Positions 24,241-33,464 of a stretch of 37,164 bases of DNA are shown here, in pieces. Positions within the stretch are counted from its first letter, which is position 1, and the number at the start of each line of letters is the position of its first letter. A program made the translations under genes and the position numbers. The DNA comes from Reclinomonas americana ATCC 50394. Its lineage: Eukaryota. The stretch is taken from assembly GCA_048213135.1 (NCBI GenBank), contig PS015853.1, forward strand, positions 1 to 37,164, read 5' to 3'. A model generated the notes under the pieces. That model did not search any database. It had not been told where the DNA came from and saw only the letters and a list, made by a program, of their open reading frames with translations.

Positions 24241-27200
24241 TTACTCCGCTGTTGTTTGTGGGTCGACTGCTGCTGCTGCTGCTGCTGCTGGTGGTGCAAC
24301 AGGCGGCGCCTCTTCCACACTTGCAGAAGCAGCCGCACCGGCAAGCGTCGCCGCCGCAGCAGCCTTGATCTCCTCCAACTTCTCCTTCTTCTCGCGACGC
24401 TCCTGTCGCTTCGCCTCTCGTTCCGCATGCCGTTGATCCCGCTCCGCATGCCGCTTCTCTCGCTCAACTCGCTGCTGCGCCTTGTCGATCTTGTGCTGCG
24501 CACGCTGCCGCAGTGCCTCGGCCTTGGCCAGCACGCTTTTCCCGTCGGCGCCAGCCGACGCAAGGGCATCGACGGCCTCGGTGAGCGCACGCACCGCATC
24601 CTCGTGACGCCCGGCCTTGAGGAGCGTCTTGCCGATGCGAACGCGCAGCAGCACAGTTCTACAACGACGAGTGAGACACTACACACCACAACATGGAAAT
24701 GAAAAATGCACACAGCACGCAACTGCGGGTGTTGTGCACCGAGGGCACGCGTTCGCCTCTTGTGCGCATCCTCGTACAGCGGCAACACGCTGGTGGCGTC
24801 GCCCGCCGTCAGCTTTCGCGTGGCGTTGCACAGGTCGAGCAGCACGTCGATCGTGGTGGCATGATCGGCCCCCAACACGCGCTCGCGCGCCGCCAGGCAC
24901 TGCTTGAGTGGTGCCACGGCGGCCTCAAACTGACCCAGTTGGAGGAGGGTGGTGCCGAGGTTGCGCAGCGAGGCCAGGTAGTCGGAGTTGTCGCGACCGA
25001 GGCGTTGCTGTGAGGGGGGAGGGAGAGGGAGAGAGGAGGAAAGGGAGTGAGAGAGGGCACGGTGATGTCAAGCTCAGAATCGACTTCACTGCTTCTCTCG
25101 CTCATCTCTGTGTCTTGTGCTCACCACTCACTCGCTATACATTCCTTCTTTCCCATCGCGCATTCAGTTCCACTTGTTTCTCACTTTTCTCTTCTCTCAC
25201 ATCCATCTTTTGTCTTTTGCTCACCACTCACCCGCGGTGCACTCTTTCTTTCTCACTACACACTACTTCCCACTTTCCTCTCTCTCTCTCCTTCATTCAC
25301 CTTTCTGTGACGTTACCACTCACTTGCTGGACGCTCTTTCATTTTCACTGCACACTCTGTTCCACTTTCCCTTCTCTCTCTCTCTATCTCTCTCTCTCTC
25401 TCTCCCCCCTTGATTCGCCCACTCTGTCCTATGGTTGCAGCTCGCCTGCAGTGCACTCTTTCTTTCTCACAGTGCAGTCCGTTCCACTTTCCTCTTCCTC
25501 CTTCATCCACCTTACTGTCAACTCCTTCCCAATCATTCTTTCTTTCTCACCGCACACTCCGTTTTCTCACTTTCTCCATCTCTCGCTCATAAATCTTCTC
25601 GCCTTTCGCCTCTCACCCGCACTATTTCCATTCTCACTGCACACTCCAATTCACTAGATTTCTTTCCACTCATTTCTCACTCTTCTCGTTCCCCCCTTCT
25701 CTCTCTCGCCTCTCCCTGATTCTCGAACGCAACTTCGGCCAGCGGAACCACTCGTTGAAGCAGAGCCAGTGCATCGGCATGTCGTTGAACTGAAATGTAC
25801 GCCATTGAAAGGTTGTTCATCAGCGCGAGAGCCTGCCAAAGATAAAAAGTGAATACAGTAGTGTGAAACAAGTCGACATCTGTCTCGTAACCTCCGGATC
25901 CGAGATCGTATCGCCGACAGAGGACGACATTGCGCGCCACGATTCCTCGTACACCGGAATCGCTTGGTCCATGCGACCGAGACCACACAGCGATACAGCC
26001 AACGCATGCAGAGTGCTATGCACGAAGCAGACGCATTGAGAAAGACGATGACAAATTGGTGAGAGCAGATAGCAAGAAAAGACGATCAGGAAACAGAGCA
26101 GCAAGGATGTAAAAGATGAGGTAATGAAAGCGATGCCAAGCTAGACGAGAGTGAACTGAAAACCGACGGATAGACAGACGAACATCAAGAGTTTCGCAGA
26201 TGTCGCACACTCTCCTCGCACATATCAACGGCTCAAGGGTTAACGATCATGAAAGTGCAAAGGGGGCATAGAATGAAGGTAGCGGAGAGTGTGCGAGATA
26301 ATACTATTGTTGCAATCAATCTTGCCACACAAAACAAGAAGACCAGAGTGGGGGCATAGGAGGCATGCAGACAAGGGCATGTAATAAACATGAACAAAAA
26401 GAGCCACTGCTGCACTCGATCATACCACATCAAAGAAGAATATAAGAGTGGGTCACAGGGGGGAAGATAGTTAGAAATGCGAACAACAACTCTGACACCA
26501 GAGTGCAAACAACACACTACTTTTCCTCTCCACCATCGCCGCACCTCAACGTATTCCTGTGCGTCGCTCCCAGTGCCGCCCTCTGCGCCGTCACGCACTT
26601 GGAGAGAATGCTCACACTCTCCTCGTACTGATTCAGCGCCTGCAGCACCTCGCCCAGATTGTGCATGGCCCACAGACTCGTGAGTTCCGTCGGCGTCGCC
26701 GCCAGCGCCTCCACACACGCACGGAACATGGGAAGAGCGTCCTCTAGCCGACCGGCGGCACGATGACACGCCGCCAAGCAGTTGCGCGTCTTGGCAGTGT
26801 CGGCGTGCTGCGCTACCGAATCAGTGCACACATTCGTTGCCCCTCACTGTCCAGGCAGGCACAAACCTGAGCACCGAGTCGCTCCTCCCGCTCCTGCAGC
26901 ACCGCCGACAAGTGCGCCTGCGCCTCGGCCACCAGATCGTCGTGTGGCTTGCCTGGCGGCAGCAGTCGTGCTCTCGACAGCAGCACCGAGCCGAGATTGT
27001 GCCGTACGCTGAGCAACTGCAGTTGCACGCGAGCATCCGTCGGTGCACTGCCGATCGCCGCCATGGTGTCGCGCAGCAGCTTTTCGGCCTCGGCGAGGGC
27101 GTCGGTGAGCTCCAGCGCCACGGCCAGATTGTTCTTCACCGACAACACGTCTTCGGAGAGCGGGTCGTGGTCGGCGGCAGCCGTCAGTGCCGAGAGGCAT

Positions 27201-29009
27201 GTTTCCAGGATTGGTCGCGCCTCGGAGTGCAGGTCCAGGAGCTGCAAGAAGCGAGAAGCGAGAGAGAAGGAAAGGACGAGGTAAATTCAACAAGGCTGAG
27301 ACCGCAAGGAACACATTCAGTCTACCAGGTGCCGTATCTCATTCGACGGTGCCCATTACCTATCACTGCAACTCCCACTTCTTCGCAATTACTTTCTCAT
27401 CTCTATCACACTTGCCACTCTGCACAGAGTGCACTCGTGGCCGGCACTCAAGCAACTCAGTCGCAGTCTCAGCCGTAACAGCACAGCTCGAGTGCTATCA
27501 CAGTAATCTCTGTTGCCATTGAGATTATAGTAACGCAAGAGAACGAGTGGACATGTGGAAGAATGATGCTGAATGAGTGTGAGTGACAATCACGGCAGGC
27601 CGCGACCCCACCACATTCCCCCCTCCTCTCACCGCCTTCGAGCCGCGTCCACTTGACACGACTGAGGCAGCGGCCCACATCCTGTGCCAGATCAATGCAC
27701 GCAAACTGCAGCGACTGCGTTACGTGCCGCAAGTGCAGGCAAGCGAAACCTCACACATTCATGTGCTCGTTCACTCTCTCAGCGATTACACCTCACTTCT
27801 CCTACACCCTGTTTTCTTATGCTTCAGTCTCTCCTCCACTCTCTCCTGCTCCACCGATCGTCTTGTGCGCCCTTCGATTCGCTAAGCCTTGATCTTGCTC
27901 GCTGTCGGCTCTCACTCTGTTATCCTTTCCCTTTCCCAATACACATTATCCTTCACCCTTCCTTTGCTGTCCTCTTCCTCTCTCCACTCCACCACCCTCT
28001 TTCCTTTGCCTATCCCGTTCCCTCCCCTTTCCCTCTCCCTTTCCTTTCGCCCCCATTCACCTGCAGAGGTCGCTCAATCTGATCTCGTCCGCTCTCTCTC
28101 CCACTTCCCATAATCCCCCTTTCCCTTCCTCCCTCTCACCTGCAGGGCAACTCCAAGCTGCCTCAGCGTCTCGATGCTGGCCCTCCCTTGCAGCATCTCC
28201 TCCAGCTGCCGCACCTCGGACAACATTTGCCGCGCCTCTCGATTGGCCCCGCGCCGCAACAAACACGTGGCTAGACCGCGTCGCAGCCGGCACGAATCCG
28301 GGTGCTCGGCGCCCAGCTGCGTATCAGCCGCCTGCAACGCACTGCGGCACAGCTCCTCGGCTTGCGTATATTGCTGCGACGAAATAGATTGAACATCTCT
28401 CTCTCCCTCCCCGCCCCCTCTCCTTCCACGTCATACCTTCTCCTCGATGAGTGCCGACAGCAGTGTAGACTGGCAATGTACAATCTCCTCGACATTGACA
28501 CGCGGACCCTTGGCGGCCGAACTCAGAGTGTCTTTCGACAGCACCTCCGCCTGCTCCACTTGTCCGCGGTCGAGAAGCAGCACCGCAAGATTGTTGCGCA
28601 ATCGTGTCATCAGTGTCTCGTCCGGTGCCTCCAGCGCCACTGCCTCGCGATAAAACACCTCCGCCTCGTCCAGCTGCTTGCGCGCATGCAGCGTCAGTCC
28701 AAGAGAGCTCTTGATGGTGGCCAGTTGCACCACGTCGACACCCGCGGCCGCCGGCATACGCTGCAACAGCACGAGGCACTCGCGAAATCCCTTCTCCGCC
28801 TCCTCCAACAGACCCAACTGGTACTGGCACCACGCGATGCGATTGCGGCAAATCACCGAACGTGCGTCGTCGGTGCCGGCCAGCGACTCGATCAGCAGTG
28901 CCAGTGAGGCGCTGTAGTGCAAGATGGCGCGACGGTGGTCGCCACCGATCTGTGGTTCGGCAGAGAGGAAAGGGCGATAGTGACAGATGAGTTGCACGAA
29001 GAAATCGAT

Positions 29010-29040
<31 letters not shown>

Positions 29041-29262
29041 GAGAGAGAGAACAGATAAAGGCAGACGGATACACCCTGAAAGATGAGAGATATGGCGATG
29101 TCGAAATCGAAAAATGGGTGAAGGACACAGACATGTCGAGAGACAGAGAGCGACAGACATACAGACACGATAGTATCACAGAAACAGATTCACAGACCGG
29201 CAAACACAAGGACAGACAGACACGAAGAGACAGAAAAAGAAGAAGACAGACAGAAGCCAGAA

Positions 29263-29311
<49 letters not shown>

Positions 29312-32300
29312 TGGAGAGACAGACAAAGGCAGACACTCATACAGACAAACTCACAGACAGACAGACACACAGACAAGCCATGCAGCAGCAGCTCGAAGTC
29401 TGCGAACAGAGATGCAGGGCACTTGCCTCCAACACACCCACCTCACACAACCACCCGCGCTCCCTCAGCAACACCCATCGCGTCTTATTGGCAGTCGCAC
29501 GCAACGGCGGCGGCATACGTGCCACTGCATCGGTGGCGCTGAGACGCTGAATGGCCACTCGACACTGAGACTCCATGTCGACGGCGCGCGTACGATAAAT
29601 GGCTGGATGCAGGCGTGCGAGCGTCGTAAACGCCCGCAGTGTGTCGGTCCACGGCTTGATCTCCAGCGCGCGCGACCGTGAACGAATCAGCGACCGCCAC
29701 AGGCCGAGCACCGCCGGCAACATGGTCGCTCGTCGTGCCCATTGCGAATCGTCGCTCAATCCGGTCTTTCCAATCCACCGCACCCACTCAATGGCCTGTG
29801 ATGCTGCACGTACCGCCAGCGTCTCCACCAACGTGGGAAGCTCACGGGCCAGCACCGCTGCGAGCGTGGGCGAGAGTGAGAATACCGGAACGACCGGCGA
29901 GCGTCGCGGATTGCCATCGTCCTCCACCGCACCCGACGCGGCCAGTCGACTCCACTCGGCCTCGGCGGAGAGGCACACGGCTCGGCGACGCGTCACCAGC
30001 TGTACCGATTCAAACACTTCCAGGCGCTGCAGGATGGTTGGTCAGAAAGCGAGGCGTGACATCAGCGACGTGTGGGGCAGAGTTCGCACCTTTTCCACAA
30101 CATCAGCGGGTGGCAGAGGCGGCGGCAGTGGCACATTGGCCTCCAGCGGCGGCACGTCCGTCAGTGCATCCGTGGCCGGGATCAACGACATCACCTCGAG
30201 CAACACTCGCAGCGACGCGAAGCCGAGGGCGCGTGTCACCACCGCCAGCGCAATGCATAACCGACGGTCCAGCGGCGCGAAAATGGCCATGGCAAAGCGC
30301 AGTGCCTCGTCCGTGTCACCCGTGCGCAGCCAGGCAAGGTGTTCCGGTTGCGGCTCGGGGTGGTCTTCCAGATGCGAGAGGAGGGCGCTGCAAAAGAGAG
30401 GAAATGAGAGGTCCTCTCTCTCTCTCGCGTTCTCACGCATTCTCATCACCTTGCCACCACGGCCAGCCGAGGTGCATTGCGCTGCGCCGGCACGCACAAC
30501 GTGTCGACCACATCCGGAGTGATTCGGGAACCGCGCACACACTTGACACAGAATTCGCGACAGTCGGCCTCGTCCAGACCCGCGTCCAAGGCGCGACTCA
30601 TCACTGGGCAGGCGGCGCGCGGTCGCAGTTCGTCGGCCAAACCCACCGGACCAGTGACGACAAAAAGCGGTGCCATGACCGCCGATGATTCCTGCGCTCC
30701 CCAAGCGGGTACTACGAGATGAGCACCCCGCGGCAGTACATGGTCTCTCACACGTGGCGGCGTCAGCACGCACCTTGCCGGGTGTGATAAAGGCGGCGCG
30801 CGGGACGAGTGCCACCAGCTGCTCGACGGAGCACGCATTCAGGTACACCACAATGCGTCGCTTCTGCTCATCGTCGCCACCGCTGGCCGAGGCCTGCAGA
30901 TACAGCTCCGAGGCGGCGGCACCCACCAAGGCCTGTGCTTGCGGCACGTCACGCAGTCGCTGCAGTTTGCGTGCGTTGATCTGGCACAGGATGAGGGCGG
31001 CAGCCTCGGCCGTGTCGAGTGGACGCGGCTCAAAGGCGGTGGGAGGAGGGGGGAATGTGGTGGGGTCGCTGATGGGGAAAGAGTGAAAAAGGAAGATGTG
31101 GACGGATGGAGTCAGCCAGATGCGACTCACAAGAATGGATCGGCAGCCGGCACGGGTTCGGGCGCACTAGGGGCGGCTGTGCCAACAGGTGGTGAATGGC
31201 GAGGATGGCAAGCGGTGACGATAAGGATTTCAAATACAAACCAGGTTCTGGTGGTGGCTCTGTGATAGCGTGTGAGTCACATGAAGTGAATGGACTCATC
31301 CACACGACAACTCACCGACGATAGCTGGTGGCGCCTCTTCGCCACTTCCCGATCCTGCTTACAAGGAGGAGAATTAATCAGCGACGAGGAGAAGTCGTCA
31401 GTGTGGACGTGACATGTGCTCACCAGATGCTTCGCCTTCGACGGCTGTTGCAGATGCTGCTTCAACGGCGACAAAGTGAAGTGAGCCACAAGGGATGATG
31501 CGAGACAGCGTATGCATTTTACCTGTTGCCTCCGCGTCACCTGCAGGGGTGAAAGGTAAGCAGTGGCACAGAAGACCTCACTAAAGCTGTGAACTCAATG
31601 CAGAGGGAGGGCGAATGAGAGAACCTAACAGCCAGACGAAGAAGTTGAATGACGAGGAGAGGGATGCCAAGATGAGAGGCACTCCTTGTTTCTTCTCCCC
31701 TTCCGGCGTCTTTTCTTTCAGCCTCTCCTTCTTCATCTGATTGCTAGTTTCTCTCACCCTGTCCACTCCACTCACAGGCATTTCCCCCCCTTCCTCTCCT
31801 TCTCAATTCCTCCTTCTTCGTCTGGCTGTTAGTTTCTCTTTCATGCTCTCTCTTCTCCACTCGTCACTTGTCTTCCCGTCTTCCCCCTGTTCCCGTCTAC
31901 TTTATTCCTTCTTCGTCTGGCTGCATGTCCTTCCTCTCTCTTGCACTCACTTGTGTTCTCCCCGTCGTCCCCCTTTCCGCCTTCTTCTTTGTTCCTCCCC
32001 CCTTTCTTCTCCCCATCTCCACTCACTTGTCTCCTCCTCCTTCCTCCCTCTTGCACTCACTTGTGTTCTCCCCGTTGTCCCCCTTTCCGCCTTCTTCGTT
32101 TTCTCCCTCCCCTTTCTTCTCCCCATCTCCACTCACTTGTCTCCTCCTCCTTCGTCTCTCTTGCACTCACTTGTGTTCTCCCCGTTGTCCCCCTTTCCGC
32201 CTTCTTCTTTTTCTCCCTCCCCCTTTCTTCTCCCCATCCCCACTCACTTGTCTCCTCCTCCTGCTTCACCACCTTCTTCGCCTGCTGCTGCGGTGGACCC

Positions 32301-32637
32301 ACCACTGCGCCCGCCCGATCCATCAGATCCACACACACAATCGTTCCCTGCGCACAGTGTCGCTCTCGCAGCGTGCGCGCCACCTCCAGCGCCACCTGTC
32401 GCAACAACATGCTCTCCTCCACCACATCAGCACTCTCCACGAGGAGAATGCCAGCGGGGCCGGAGGGAGGTTGTGTGCAGGCTGTGAGAGAGGGAAAGAG
32501 GGAGAAGGGTGAGAAGGGTGGAAGGGTGGGAGAAGGGTGGGAGAAGGGTGGGAGAAGGGTGGGAGAAGGGTGGGAGAAGGGTATGAGAAGGGAGGGAGAG
32601 CAATGAGCACCAGAGAAGTTAGATCAGGAGGTGAAAG

Positions 32638-32711
<74 letters not shown>

Positions 32712-33272
32712 GAGATACTGAAACGGATTGATCGCAGTTGAGAATGTGATCGACAACTGTGAGAGACGGAGACAGTCACAGTCACATACACACACACACG
32801 CACACACACACACTGAGAGAGAGAGAGACTTGTACTTGCCTGAGAGCAAAACATTTGCACTTGCAGTGGCCCACTCAAGCACTCTTTGCTGTCGCGGAAA
32901 CAGCCAGCGCTCGTCTGTGAATGCTGTGTGGAAGACGAGGAGGTGAGTGGTGGAAGGAGTGAGTGAGACAGTGAGAGAGCGCGAACTCAACTCTCCATTC
33001 CTGTCGCGTCCTGTTGTTCGAGAACTCTCTTGGGACGAAGAGAAGGAGGGTGTTGAGGACAGCGTGCTGTGTTGGCAACTTGTTTCGTGACACTGTTCTT
33101 CAGTCGGCGGTGTCGACTTTGACGATCACAATGGTACACGTCAGATGAGCGACGTCGGAGTACGTGCCCGCCGACGTCCATCATCAAGCACTGGGACTGC
33201 TGGCCAGGTTGTTGTTGACTTTCGTACTGCTGTGTCAGTTTGCCAACTGGGTCGGCGACCTGTTTGTGTCAT
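24241..33272 (-). CDS. Degenerate STAND (NB-ARC-like) domain plus kinesin-light-chain-type TPR array, ~1478 aa. Exons 33272-33168, 33116-32987, 32923-32840, 32481-32248, 31540-31523, 31456-31424, 31354-31316, 31259-31242, 31176-31131, 31068-30774, 30691-30450, 30387-30090, 30026-29442, 28949-28437, 28373-28140, 27241-26867, 26807-26545, 26015-25892, 25832-25734, 25007-24724, 24658-24241
   Basis: All junctions are phase-consistent. TPRs are clear (LGAEHPDS, LSVKNNLAVAL, WAMHNLGEVL, LGATHRNTLSTLHALA, LGADHATT). The STAND assignment and the first two exons are less certain. Confidence 0.78.
27602..27740 (+). pseudogene. Inverted, diverged copy of the 5' part of exon 31068-30774 of the host TPR gene, lying in one of its introns
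   Basis: 139 nt match the reverse complement of 30931-31069 with 12 mismatches and no gaps (manual alignment). Confidence 0.9.
31935..32262. repeat. ~110-bp tandem triplication spanning a splice donor of the TPR gene
   Basis: ACTCACTTGTCTCCTCC recurs at 32021, 32131 and 32242. Confidence 0.9.
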
Positions 33273-33464
33273 GGCCGGAGAGGTCGCCGGCTTGTTGACG
33301 TGTTCGGCAAGTAGTACCCTTGCCAAGCATGTCACATCGGCGGCGTCTCCCACCCAGCAGGCCTATCGACTTTCTCTCTGCACTACAGCGTACAACGTAA
33401 CAGAACATTATTCATTGACCCCCCTGATATTATTCTCGTCATACATATACAACAAATAGTATTT

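Noticed and set aside
29599-30688. 300+ aa plus-strand ORFs (also 23064-23789 minus and 34295-35200 plus)
   Set aside because: They are antisense shadows of GC-rich exons or stop-poor CT repeats, with no independent motifs.
32985-32991. Possible GTTGAGT shifted donor
   Set aside because: An adjacent GTTCGC donor gives a phase-consistent model with the upstream exon, so it was not counted.
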